Shown here in pieces: positions 29,482-39,600 of a stretch of 64,000 bases of DNA. The stretch's first letter is position 1, and every line of letters begins with the position of its first letter. Origin of the DNA: a virus; the IMG/VR virus record IMGVR_UViG_3300033150_002805, positions 12,847-76,846 of that record; one strand, 5' to 3'. Under the pieces are notes generated by a model. The model was not told where the DNA came from, made no database searches, and worked only from the letters and a program-made list of their open reading frames with translations. The position numbers were made by a program, and so were the translations under genes.

Positions 29482-30171
29482 ATGAAACCGTATTACGAAA
29501 AAAATGGACAAACAATTTTTCATGGAGATTGTCTCAAAATAATGAAGCAGTTTTCCGATAAGAGTTTTGACCTCTGCCTTACCGACCCACCATATGGAAT
29601 AAGTCAAAAAAGTGGTGGTTTTAGAGGCAAGGAGTTAGATTTTGGAAAATGGGATAAGTTTACAAAAAAACAATTAAAAAATTTATTAAGACAGATTATT
29701 AGAGTAATCAGAGGAACTATTTTTATGTTCTGTAGTGCAGAGCAATTATCGTTTTTATTAACAGAATTGAAGAAAAAAGATTTTTTAACTAGACAGCTCA
29801 TATGGTATAAACCTACTGCTTTTTCAATGAATGCTGACAAAATGTATATGTGGGCAACTGAAAATATTATTTGGGCAAAAAAGAGGAAAGCAAAATTTAA
29901 TCCACGACTTAAAAGAAATTTATTTGTTTGTAATTCGGAATCAAATCAAAGATGGCATAAGACTCAAAAACCCATTAAACTGATTAAAGAATTTATTTTA
30001 GATGCCACTGATGAAAACGATACTATCCTTGACCCCTTCATGGGAAGTGGTACAACTCTTGTCGCTGCCAGACAACTTGGCAGGAAAGCGGTGGGAATAG
30101 AAATCAATCAAAAATATTGTGAGATAGCTAAACAAAGGTTGAGACAAGAAACTCTTAATTTAAAATCATAA
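29482..30171 (+). CDS. N4-cytosine/N6-adenine DNA methyltransferase (beta class)
   Basis: TDPPYG, HKTQKP, ILDPFMGSGTT, GIEI. Confidence 0.92.
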   Translation: MKPYYEKNGQTIFHGDCLKIMKQFSDKSFDLCLTDPPYGISQKSGGFRGKELDFGKWDKFTKKQLKNLLRQIIRVIRGTIFMFCSAEQLSFLLTELKKKDFLTRQLIWYKPTAFSMNADKMYMWATENIIWAKKRKAKFNPRLKRNLFVCNSESNQRWHKTQKPIKLIKEFILDATDENDTILDPFMGSGTTLVAARQLGRKAVGIEINQKYCEIAKQRLRQETLNLKS

Positions 30172-30175
30172 AATT

Positions 30176-30646
30176 ATGAAAAAAGAGAAAAAGAAAAAAA
30201 TTATAGATAGATTTTATAAAAAATACAACAAAGAAAGAAGAGCCAAAGATGGATATTGGTTAATTCCTCCCGAGATTTACGAACCCCTAAAAAAAGAATT
30301 TAATTTCGATTTCGATCCTTGTCCAAATCCAAGACCAAAAAATTTTAATGGGTTAAAAGTAGAATGGGGTAAATCAAATTGGGTTAACCCCCCCCCATTC
30401 TGGGCAGGAATTACGGCTTGGGTTAGAAAAGCTATAGAGGAACAGAAAAAAGGTAAAACTTCTGTTTTAATTTTGCCACTCGATAATTGGGTTAATTTAT
30501 TGTTCCAAGCGAAAGCACAAATAAGACCGCTAGGATTTCACGAGTGGGTGCATACCAAAGATAAATCAAGAAGAAAAGCACCAAGACCATCATTTTTATT
30601 TATTTTAAAACCTGAATCAAAAAAATCGAAAGATTTAAAACAATAA
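30176..30646 (+). CDS. Phage N6-adenine methyltransferase (Dam-like)
   Basis: W..PP..Y..L..EFNFDFDPCP, GL..EW, WVNPPPF. Confidence 0.75.
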   Translation: MKKEKKKKIIDRFYKKYNKERRAKDGYWLIPPEIYEPLKKEFNFDFDPCPNPRPKNFNGLKVEWGKSNWVNPPPFWAGITAWVRKAIEEQKKGKTSVLILPLDNWVNLLFQAKAQIRPLGFHEWVHTKDKSRRKAPRPSFLFILKPESKKSKDLKQ

Positions 30647-31568
30647 ACCATATTCTAGATTTGACCCGAAAATCCAAAAATGGCATAATAGATTCCTAAA
30701 TCATATAAATTAAACCAACTAATAATTTCTGAAGAAAGAAGTTTTCAAATTCAAAACAACAAGGAATAAAATAAGTAAGAGAGTTATTTGGAAAGTATGA
30801 ATCTTTCAACTTTCCAATTAGCCCTTTTACAAATGAAAAAAGAAGTGGCTAAAGAAAGGAGAGAATATGTTTGTTTTGAGGGTGTTACTTCCGTTAAAAT
30901 GTTCTGAATGTCATAGTAGAGAGTTTAAAGTTTCCATTATCAGATATAATCCTGTTTTAATGAATATTTTTTGTGTTAAATGTAATAAACGATGGGTTTA
31001 TGATGAAAAAAAGTTAGTTGAAAAAAGGAGGTAGTATGATGTCTGAGTCTCTTCAATTTCCGATGAATTGCCAATTTTGTGGAAATAAAACTAAGTTTAT
31101 TATCTATAAGTTTAATAATCACTATTTTTTGAGATGCGGTGTTTGTAATCGAATATTGATGTCTGTTCCTGAAAAAGTTATTGAGGTTATCACTGTTGAA
31201 GAAAAGCCACCATAATAAACATTGTGAGGAAGTGATAACTCACTTCCTCACAATCTTAATATATGAAACCACCATTAAGCAAAAGGTACTCTGATGATTT
31301 TCAAACTCCACCAGAGGCTCTTAGACCACTCATCCCGTTTTTGAAAAAGGGTTGGATAATTTGGGAATGTGCAGAAGGCAAAGGCAATTTATCTCAATCT
31401 TTGTGGAGAAAGGGATTTGAGGTAATAGGCTCTGATGTGATTGGAGACAAATTTGAGAGAACAAAATTGATTGTGGAACCAATGAAAAATGGTTATCAAC
31501 AATGGAGAGGAGCTGATTTTTTAAAATGGAAGCCCGAAATTTTTAATTGTATAATTACAAAGATTTAA

Positions 31569-32956
31569 CCGAGAAAGCTCCCGAATTTATTCGTAGAGAT
31601 GAATCGGAAAGTTCTTTAAGGGTTTGACACATATTGTTGATAGAGCGATAATGAATGTAGCGGTTAGGTCATTTTTTATGCCCGCCAAGACCTAACCGTT
31701 AAGGCGGGCACTTAATTATAAGACCATGCCAAAAGGAGTTTATAAACATAAAAGAAAATCGAAATTAGATTTAATTAAAAAGGGGAGAATAAGCGAATGG
31801 AATACCATTTGGTAAAAAAATATGAAAAAAACATTTCAGTATAGAATTAAACCAAATCTTCAAACTTATCAAAAAGCAGAAAAATGGCTTTCTCTTTGTC
31901 GTCAACTATACAATAATTGTCTTAATGAAAGGATAATTGCTTATCAAGAAAACAAGAAATCAATCTCTCAATATAATCAGATGAAAAGACTTCCTCAATT
32001 GAAGAAAGTATTTCCAGAGTATAAACAAGTCAATTCTCAAACCCTTCAAGATGTGATACAGAGATTAGATAAAGCTTTTCAGGGATTTTTCAGAAGAGTT
32101 AAATCTAAAAATGGTAAGGCAGGATTTCCAAGGTTCAAAGGGCAAAATAGATATGATTCATTCACTCTTAAACAAACAGGATGGAAACTTCAGAATCAAA
32201 ATAACTATTTGGAAATAAAGAACATTGGCAAATTTAAGATTTTTCTCTCCAGACCAATTGAAGGCGATGTTAAAACAATAACTATCCGCAGAACTTCAAC
32301 TAATAAATGGTTTGTCTCTTTTGCTTGCGAGAATGTTCCTCAAAAAATACTTCCCAAAACAGGAAAAGAAATTGGAATTGATATGGGTTGTCAGTCATTT
32401 CTGACCGATTCTAATGGCAATAAAATTAACAATCCAAGATTTTTCAAAAAATCTCAGGATATTCTTAAAATGAGACAGCAAAGACTTTCTCAAAAAGTTA
32501 AAGGCTCTAATCGTAGAAATAAAGCAAGATTATTGGTAGCTAAAATTCACGAGAAAATTTCTAATCAACGGAAGAATTTTCACTTCAAAATAGCAAATAA
32601 ACTAATTAAAGAAAACGATAAAATCTATATTGAAAAGTTAAATTCTTTTAAATCTTTTAGAAGTCTAAATAAATCAATAAAAGATGTAGCTTGGTTTCAG
32701 TTCTTTAATATTCTTGCTTTCAAAGCGGAGGAGGCTGGGAAGCAAGTTATTAAGGTTCCAGCTAAAAATACATCTCAAGTCTGTTCCAAATGCGGAAAGA
32801 TAGTAGAAAAAGATTTGTCTGTCCGTATTCATAAATGTCCTTTTTGTGGATTAGAAACAGACCGTGATTGGAATTCAGCTTTAAATATTCTTAGGCTCGG
32901 GCAGAGCCTTCGGTTAATCCCGAGAATCTCCTGACTTCAGTCAAGGAGAGTGTCAA
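31569..32956 (+). mobile_element. IS200/IS605-family non-autonomous (TnpB-only) element
   Basis: Follows TTTAA; left-end hairpin aagctcccgaatttattcgtagag; right-end hairpin ctcctgacttcagtcaaggag ending in TCAA; no tnpA in the window. Confidence 0.8.
31822..32934 (+). CDS. tnpB: RNA-guided endonuclease TnpB
   Basis: HTH LYN, GFPRFK, RuvC GIDMG/IEKL/DRDWNSA, zinc finger CSKC..CPFC. Confidence 0.93.
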   Translation: MKKTFQYRIKPNLQTYQKAEKWLSLCRQLYNNCLNERIIAYQENKKSISQYNQMKRLPQLKKVFPEYKQVNSQTLQDVIQRLDKAFQGFFRRVKSKNGKAGFPRFKGQNRYDSFTLKQTGWKLQNQNNYLEIKNIGKFKIFLSRPIEGDVKTITIRRTSTNKWFVSFACENVPQKILPKTGKEIGIDMGCQSFLTDSNGNKINNPRFFKKSQDILKMRQQRLSQKVKGSNRRNKARLLVAKIHEKISNQRKNFHFKIANKLIKENDKIYIEKLNSFKSFRSLNKSIKDVAWFQFFNILAFKAEEAGKQVIKVPAKNTSQVCSKCGKIVEKDLSVRIHKCPFCGLETDRDWNSALNILRLGQSLRLIPRIS

Positions 32957-33459
32957 AACTTTCGAAACAAGAAAACGTCAAAAGTTATTTAAAAAAAATG
33001 GAATTGAAGTAATTTTATTCGATAAGAGAATAAATTTTGAAACTCCGAGTGGAAAAGGCTCGGGTAGCTGGTTCGCCTCAGCTTGGTTCACGAATTGGTT
33101 AAACATTGGTAGACAATTAACCTTTGTGAATCTGTGAATTTGTTCAAATGAAAATTGTTCGAGAAAAAAATAAATTAGGATTTAAAGAAAATAACTTGTT
33201 TAAGAAAAAGAGCCAGATTTTTTTTAAATCTGGCTTAAGAAAGGTAATGGCAGAACCTTTGAAAGGACTATCTCATTTTAACAAAATCAAATCATGTGTC
33301 AAGAGGATTACCAACCTTTTGGAAAAATGCTTAACAATTAAACGAAATATGAATATAATGAATAATGGAACTTATTTGTAAAGTTTGTGGAAAAAAATTT
33401 GAAAAAAAAGATATTACACAAAAACTTATAATAAGGAATGTTTTTCCGAGTGGAAAAAA

Positions 33460-34284
33460 TTGACTACCCCAAAAGGAGATAAATCTCCTTTTTGGAAGGG
33501 TGAAATTAAGAAAAGGTGCTTAAATTGTGGAAAAATTTTCCATTCATTTCCTTTCTTAAAACAGAAGTATTGTTCTCATAAGTGTGCTAATTCAAAAAAT
33601 AGAATATATCACCTTGATGAGAATTTTTTTCAAGAAATTCGAACTGAAAACCAAGCTTATTGGCTTGGATTTGTTCTTGCTGATGGTTGTATTGGAGCTA
33701 ATAAATCTCTAGATATTACTCTTAAGATTCAAGATAGAAACCATCTTGAGAAGTTTCTTAGAGATATCAAAGCTAAAAATCCATTAAAAGATTCAACAAC
33801 AAAAACAAAAATCAAAATCTTTTCAGTTAAATTGATTCGGAATTTAAAAAAATTCAATATGGTTTCTCCCAGACCTAAAAATGTCGGATTACCAAAAATT
33901 TCAAAAAAATTATTTCCACATTTAATTAGAGGAATTTTTGATGGTGATGGTTGTTTAATATTTAATAAGATAAATCGAAAAAATAAAAAATCGGAGTTTT
34001 ATTATTCTAGTTTTTCTATTTCTAATTCTTCAAGAATTTTATTATCAGATATTCAAATTATTTTGATGAAAAATTGTCAATTGGAAAGAACTAAACTCAT
34101 AAAGAGAAGTGGAGGTTATGAATTGATCTATGGTGGAAGATTACAAACTCGAAGAATAATGTCTTTCCTTTATAGTAATGCTCACATCTATTTGGAAAGG
34201 AAATTCAAGATTTTTGAAGATTTAATGAATTATTCACCAAAAATACGAAAAAGAGACTGGCATGGACGATTTACCAATTCTTAG
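33460..34284 (+). CDS. Free-standing LAGLIDADG homing endonuclease (N-terminus probably from 33365 via an A-run frameshift)
   Basis: AYWLGFVLADGC and LIRGIFDGDG; convergent with and overlapping the terL end. Confidence 0.85.
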   Translation: MTTPKGDKSPFWKGEIKKRCLNCGKIFHSFPFLKQKYCSHKCANSKNRIYHLDENFFQEIRTENQAYWLGFVLADGCIGANKSLDITLKIQDRNHLEKFLRDIKAKNPLKDSTTKTKIKIFSVKLIRNLKKFNMVSPRPKNVGLPKISKKLFPHLIRGIFDGDGCLIFNKINRKNKKSEFYYSSFSISNSSRILLSDIQIILMKNCQLERTKLIKRSGGYELIYGGRLQTRRIMSFLYSNAHIYLERKFKIFEDLMNYSPKIRKRDWHGRFTNS

Positions 34285-35761
34285 GAATGGGAGGCTGTTC
34301 CCCACCTCCTGGTAAGAATAACGATTTGCCTCCCGCTCTCACTTCTCTATCCTGTTTTCCTGAAGTTCCAAATTTTGAAAGACCGATTAGGGCAAGGGCT
34401 ATACTATCGAAATCATCAGCATGACCCTCAGCACTCTCGATCTTTTGCAAATCATCGGTCATAGAACAGATGCTATTAAGCATTTCCTCGTCATCGAATA
34501 TCTGAATTTGTTTATTCAGAACAGCTTTTTCAAATTCGGTCGCCATTTGGATTCTCATTTTGGGGGTAAAAATAATGGGAATAAAATGAGTGGTTAACAA
34601 TCCAGAATCTTGAGCACCCAAAAACTCTCCTCTTGTTGCGTCAAAATAAAGATAGCTGATCCCGAAATTTTTAATAGCTTCCTTACAATACTCGACTTGG
34701 CTAGGGTGAAAAGGATCGAAAGGCTTTGCAGTATAGTAGGGCCAAGATTTCATAATTTTGTGGTGAATCATAATCGCTTTCTTATCTTTAATCTCAAACA
34801 CAACAAAAGAACTGTTGTGTTTTTTTCGGCCGATATCTAATCCCGCAACAACTAAATTAGGAGTATCTAATCCTTGAGCCAAAGGAATGTTTCTTAGTTG
34901 AGGATTTACAACATCCTTTCTTAGTTGTTCTTTTTTGAAAAAGGAATCAGTGGAATAATAAGGTTCACATTGGATTTCTGAGGCAAAGGCACGTTCGCCC
35001 ATGACTTTTACTTTTGCTTTTAATTGTTCTAGGGTGTAAAACTCGGGCCAGGTTGGGACTTCATTGCCTTGACTATCTTTGGTAATTCCAGGATATTTTC
35101 TAAAATGGAATTTCTTTTGTAATTCAGGATCAAAATAAAAATCTGCTCTTGTTAATGGACTTCCTACTATATGAATTTCACCTCCTGGCTTTACGGTTTC
35201 CAAAATTACACTTCTAAATATCTCACCAATCTTTAAGATGATAGTTGGATGAGTCTTCGAAGCTGGATCTGAAAGAACATCATCCAACAGAAGAATATCG
35301 CTCTTGGCTCCTCTCGTGAACGAAGTGATACCAACAGGCCTTATTCTAGTTATATATCTTTTATCCCAGGTATAAGCAGCTATGTTTTCTGCAAGAGGTT
35401 TTAGGTTTATGAGTTCTTTGAAGTATGGATTTTTATCTATAAGAGTCTTGACTTGAGAAATATGCCAGCCTGCAAGAGTTTCGTTATAGGAAAACAGCCT
35501 GATATCCAAATCTTCATTAACTCCTCTAAACATAATATTATATAAAATCCAGGAATAAAAGGATGATGATTTGAAGTGACTTCTGGCAGCAATCTTCATT
35601 GTCCTATCATATTTTTGTAAGTAATTACAACTTTCTTCAATATAGTCACCTCCGATGAAATTAGTAAAACTTTTTGAAAATATTTTAGTTGTGAACAAAA
35701 AAAACGATTTCGAACAATCGCTTAAAAGCTGAACTTTTTCTTTGAGTTCTTGATTACTCAT
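34271..35761 (-). CDS. terL: Terminase large subunit
   Basis: AARSHFKS (Walker A-like), LLLDD (Walker B), VGSP, GLDIG, HADDFDS nuclease motifs. Confidence 0.88.
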   Translation of the reverse strand: MSNQELKEKVQLLSDCSKSFFLFTTKIFSKSFTNFIGGDYIEESCNYLQKYDRTMKIAARSHFKSSSFYSWILYNIMFRGVNEDLDIRLFSYNETLAGWHISQVKTLIDKNPYFKELINLKPLAENIAAYTWDKRYITRIRPVGITSFTRGAKSDILLLDDVLSDPASKTHPTIILKIGEIFRSVILETVKPGGEIHIVGSPLTRADFYFDPELQKKFHFRKYPGITKDSQGNEVPTWPEFYTLEQLKAKVKVMGERAFASEIQCEPYYSTDSFFKKEQLRKDVVNPQLRNIPLAQGLDTPNLVVAGLDIGRKKHNSSFVVFEIKDKKAIMIHHKIMKSWPYYTAKPFDPFHPSQVEYCKEAIKNFGISYLYFDATRGEFLGAQDSGLLTTHFIPIIFTPKMRIQMATEFEKAVLNKQIQIFDDEEMLNSICSMTDDLQKIESAEGHADDFDSIALALIGLSKFGTSGKQDREVRAGGKSLFLPGGGEQPPIPKNW

Positions 35762-35777
35762 ATTGAATCCTGGTTTA

Positions 35778-36227
35778 TTATTTCTTCTCTTTGGATATTG
35801 CCTTTAATATTTCTCGAATACTGCCACCACTTTCTACTTCAACAGAATACCTTTCTTGATAAATATTTTTTAACTTATTTAATTCAATCTCATCATTTCT
35901 TATTTCAGAATTCAATTCTTTAACATTTCTAATCGATGGTTCTTTCCGTTTATATTCTTTTTCCAATAGGTCAGTTAATTTTTTTATCCTTTCCTCGATG
36001 GAGAAAATCGCTCCCGATAAAATTATCTTATTGGGAATCTTAAGAAAATTCTTTTGCACCCATGAGATGGATTTTCGAACCGTAGATATGGAAACATTAT
36101 ATTTCTTCGTAAGTTCCCAGTAAGGAAGCTTTTCGTAAAAATGGCTAACAAAAATTTTAATTCTTTTATCCAGAATTTTTTCGTCTTCAAGTGCTGATGG
36201 TCTTCCTGGTGAATTGTATTTTTTCAT
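35778..36227 (-). CDS. Terminase small subunit (probable)
   Basis: GRPS, HTH-like region and coiled coil, directly upstream of terL. Confidence 0.65.
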   Translation of the reverse strand: MKKYNSPGRPSALEDEKILDKRIKIFVSHFYEKLPYWELTKKYNVSISTVRKSISWVQKNFLKIPNKIILSGAIFSIEERIKKLTDLLEKEYKRKEPSIRNVKELNSEIRNDEIELNKLKNIYQERYSVEVESGGSIREILKAISKEKK

Positions 36228-36243
36228 ATTTTTAGTTTTCCAC

Positions 36244-36272
36244 TTGACAGTCTTTCTTGAGAATGATAATAT
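36244..36272 (+). promoter_or_regulatory. Sigma70-type promoter
   Basis: CCAC-TTGACA-17 bp-TAATAT with an extended TG. Confidence 0.65.
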
Positions 36273-36292
36273 AAGATAAGATTGCCAATATT

Positions 36293-36577
36293 ATGAATAA
36301 AGATAATAATGAAATATTCAAAACTTCTAATTTGAATTTAGCGACCTTTTTAGTTGTTAAAAATTTTAAATTGATTAAAATTTTAAATGGTTCAAAAAGA
36401 AAGACTTTTGTTTTCATTGACTCTCCCAAATTACAGAAAATGGTTTGGGTTTTTAATTTTGGGGAAGATAATGATGATAATCTTATGGTTGACGGAAGAA
36501 AAATACTTCAGACTCTAAGAGATATGAAAACAAAACTCTATAGTAGTTTACCAAAGGAAGAATTAAATGTCAAGTGA
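36293..36577 (+). CDS. DUF5659-like small DNA-binding protein
   Basis: FKTSNLNLATFL...FVF...LK.KL pattern. Confidence 0.6.
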   Translation: MNKDNNEIFKTSNLNLATFLVVKNFKLIKILNGSKRKTFVFIDSPKLQKMVWVFNFGEDNDDNLMVDGRKILQTLRDMKTKLYSSLPKEELNVK

Positions 36578-36643
36578 ACCCAGGTTCAAATATGATTCAA
36601 ACTTCTCTTGATATAAAAATCAATTATTTCAATCTATTTTAGA

Positions 36644-37327
36644 ATGAAGATGAAATGCAAAAAATGTAGCAAGCCAGCAAAAAGTCGCGGTCTGTGTAGC
36701 ACTCATTATTATAAACAATATCGTAGAAAATATCGTCAAGAATATCATTATAAAAATAAAGAAAAAGAGAATACAAGAAGTAGAAAGTATTATAAAAAAC
36801 ATAAAGAAGAAAAGAGAGAATATGATAAAAAATATCGAGAAAAAAATAGAGAAAAGAGAAGACTATATGCGAAAGAATGGAGAAAAAGAAATAAAGAAAA
36901 AGTAAAAAAGATATAAAAAGACATATAGAGAGAAAAATCCCGATCGTTATAGAAAGTATAAACGAGAATATCAGGAAAAAAGAATGCAAACTAATCCAAA
37001 ATTTCGTCTAGATAGAAGCATCTCAACTGCTATTTGTCATTCTTTACACGGTAAAAAAGCGGGAAGAAATGGGAATTTTTGGTTGATTATACATTAGATG
37101 CCTTGATGAAACATTTAGAAAACCAATTTGATAAGAATATGAACTGGAATAATTATGGATCTTATTGGGAAATTGATCATAAGAAACCAAAGTCTCTTTT
37201 CGAATATAATTCTTCAGAAGATTTAGAATTTAGAGAATGTTGGGCTTTGGAAAATTTACAACCTTTAGAAAAAATAAAAAATCATAAGAAGAGAAATAAA
37301 TATGTATCAAAAGAAACCGAAAATTAG
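36644..37327 (+). pseudogene. HNH endonuclease disrupted by two frameshifts
   Basis: RGLCSTHY; the middle frame reads NPKFRLDRSIS; 3' part L..HLENQF..MNWNNYG.WEIDH..CWALENLQPL..N..K. Confidence 0.7.
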
Positions 37328-37589
37328 AAGAAAAATGAGAAAACAAGAAATTGATACGACGACTAAATTTAAAATAACTAAATTTGAAATAGAACTTGGG
37401 TTACCTAATTTAAGAGAAAAAAATCCAAAAGAAATTATGAATGCTCCACTCAAATTAAGAAAATTTAGAATAGAATTTGAGGAAAATAATGGAAGAAATT
37501 AAATGAATCTGTTCTTAAAAACACAAAAGCTTACAGTAATAATCAAAGAAACTCTCCGACTTTAGTCGTGGAAGTAGCAACTAAAAGAA

Positions 37590-38129
37590 ATGAAAAATCT
37601 AAGCCTCATACAAAAAAATAAATTGGCTCAAGAGTCAGATAATGAACTCTCAAAATGGCGAAGAGTGGGTTCGATTGCATATCTATATCAAGGAAAAATT
37701 CTTAAGAAAATAAAAGAAGAAAAACTTTATAAATATTTGGGAGAAAGTCCTGAATTTGAAAGTTTTGAGATATATGTGAATTCAAGAGGGCTTGATTTAA
37801 GGAAAGCATATTATTTAATTCAAATTTGGACGACTTTCTGTGAGAAATTTAAATATAAACCAGAAGAATTAAGTGATATACATTGGACCTCGCTTAGAAC
37901 TATACTTCCTTGTGTGAATGAAACTAATATAAAGGAATTAGTTGAAAAAGCACGAATATTAACAAGAACTCATTTGAATACTGAGATAAAACAATTGAAA
38001 GAAGGACTTTCTTCATTGGAAGAACTTGATCAACATAAACACGAATTTGTCCATATTGAATACTGGAGATGTCGAATTTGTGGAGAAAAAAGCATGGTTA
38101 AACCAAAAGATGATGAAATGGTAAAATAA
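37590..38129 (+). CDS. Hypothetical protein (possible DNA-binding)
   Basis: G.IL..I....LY..LG..FE.Y motif; C-terminal H.H..CRICG. Confidence 0.55.
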   Translation: MKNLSLIQKNKLAQESDNELSKWRRVGSIAYLYQGKILKKIKEEKLYKYLGESPEFESFEIYVNSRGLDLRKAYYLIQIWTTFCEKFKYKPEELSDIHWTSLRTILPCVNETNIKELVEKARILTRTHLNTEIKQLKEGLSSLEELDQHKHEFVHIEYWRCRICGEKSMVKPKDDEMVK

Positions 38130-38182
38130 TATAAATTGGAAACTTTCTTTATAGCACTTTAATATAATCTATATTCAATGAC

Positions 38183-38587
38183 ATGCTAACCAAAAAACAA
38201 AAAAGCAAATTAGGTAAACAAAGCAAACGAAAAGGATTGGATGCAGAATTGGAATCAGTCCGATTCTGGTCAAAAGAATTAGATATTAAAACTTTGAGAA
38301 GAACTCCAAAATCAGGGGGTTTTGCACTTGATTGGAAAGGAGATTTATTTGATACTGGTAATTCTATTCTCAAAGATTTTATCATTGAACGTAAATATGG
38401 AAAACAAGTTCCAAAAAAAATAGAACAATGGATGGAAAAATTAAAGGATGAAGCCCAAGATAAAATGTATTTTTTAGAAGTATCTCGCCCTTACCAAGAA
38501 GTATATATCATATTAAGCAGAAAACAATTTGCAAGATTGCTTTATGAACTTCAAAATTATAGAAATTTGACAGAGAACAAATTTTAA
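38183..38587 (+). CDS. Holliday junction resolvase-like PD-(D/E)xK nuclease
   Basis: SKRKG..AE, RRTPKSG, GDL, IERK. Confidence 0.75.
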   Translation: MLTKKQKSKLGKQSKRKGLDAELESVRFWSKELDIKTLRRTPKSGGFALDWKGDLFDTGNSILKDFIIERKYGKQVPKKIEQWMEKLKDEAQDKMYFLEVSRPYQEVYIILSRKQFARLLYELQNYRNLTENKF

Positions 38588-39338
38588 CATCAATATGCTT
38601 TTTACTTATCTTATTTTTTCTATTATCATTTTCTTTCCCATAATTATTTTACAAAAAATATTAGGGTTTTCTGTTAATGAATTATTGATTGCTGTTTTTA
38701 TAACAGGAGTAGCGGTGGTAGTCTCAATTGAACATGGATTAAAAAAATGGCTGAAAATAATCTTAAGATCCTTCTTTATTAAAAATGATTACTCAAAAAG
38801 AAAATCTAAAAAACATGAAAAGGTGCCCAAGATTTAATTTCTGTAATATTCCGAAATGTCCACTTGATTTTTGGATGTCTAAACGAATAGAATTACCAGA
38901 GGATGAAAGATGTATTCTTATTTCTCCAAGAGGAAAACGAGTAAAAGGAAAAATAAGAGGAAGTCTTAAAAGGTTAATAGGGAAATATGTTTGGAAACAT
39001 AATCGGAATAGAAATATACCTCTTCCACCATGCTCATTTAAAATGAACGGGGCAAAGACCCAAAACTAGGCAAATATGACGTTTCAAAACAAGGTTAAGA
39101 TATTTAAGAAATTAAGAAATTGTCCAGGAAAACTCCATTCATGGGTGGATAGCAATGTAGGTATCATTCGTAAAGAAAATAAAAATATACCAAGTTATCT
39201 TTTGAATAATTTTAAACAGAAACAAATAAAAAAACGACCAAAATTAAAATGGTATCAAAAATTATTGTTCTTTCTAAAAAACATTATAAATTCATTTAGA
39301 AAAAGGTCGTAATTCAAATAATATAATTAGATAATAAT

Positions 39339-39536
39339 ATGGAAAATAAATTTGGATATTGTATGAAATGCAAGCAGAAACGCGAAATTAGTAATCCGAA
39401 AGAAATCATAATGAAAAATAAAAGGAAAGCAATTCAAGGAACCTGTTTGATTTGTGGAAGCAAAATCTTTCGTATTTTAGGAAAAAAAGATGAAATTCAT
39501 CAAGAAGAAACGACTGAAGAAATTTCTAATATTTAA
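39339..39536 (+). CDS. DUF5679-like zinc protein
   Basis: YCMKCK..MKNKR.A..GTC..CGSKIFRI. Confidence 0.7.
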   Translation: MENKFGYCMKCKQKREISNPKEIIMKNKRKAIQGTCLICGSKIFRILGKKDEIHQEETTEEISNI

Positions 39537-39545
39537 GTTTTCCTC

Positions 39546-39573
39546 TTGACAAGGTTTCTTGGAATGATAGAAT
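39546..39573 (+). promoter_or_regulatory. Sigma70-type promoter ahead of the lysis genes
   Basis: TTGACA-16 bp-TAGAAT with an extended TG. Confidence 0.6.
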
Positions 39574-39600
39574 GAAAGTAGAATTAATTGATTAAAAAAT

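Larger units (their letters stand above)
31263..33137 (+). pseudogene. Methyltransferase split by the TnpB element; halves 31263-31568 and 32958-33137, catalytic NPPY segment missing
   Basis: 5' half DDFQTPP..IWECAEGKG..DFLKW..CIIT; 3' half TFETRKRQKLF..FDKRINFETPSG..SWFASAWF. Confidence 0.75.

Noticed and set aside
31569-32956. IStron (group I intron-TnpB)
   Set aside because: No P/Q/R/S core is visible, and removing the element does not restore the MTase frame or the missing NPPY motif.
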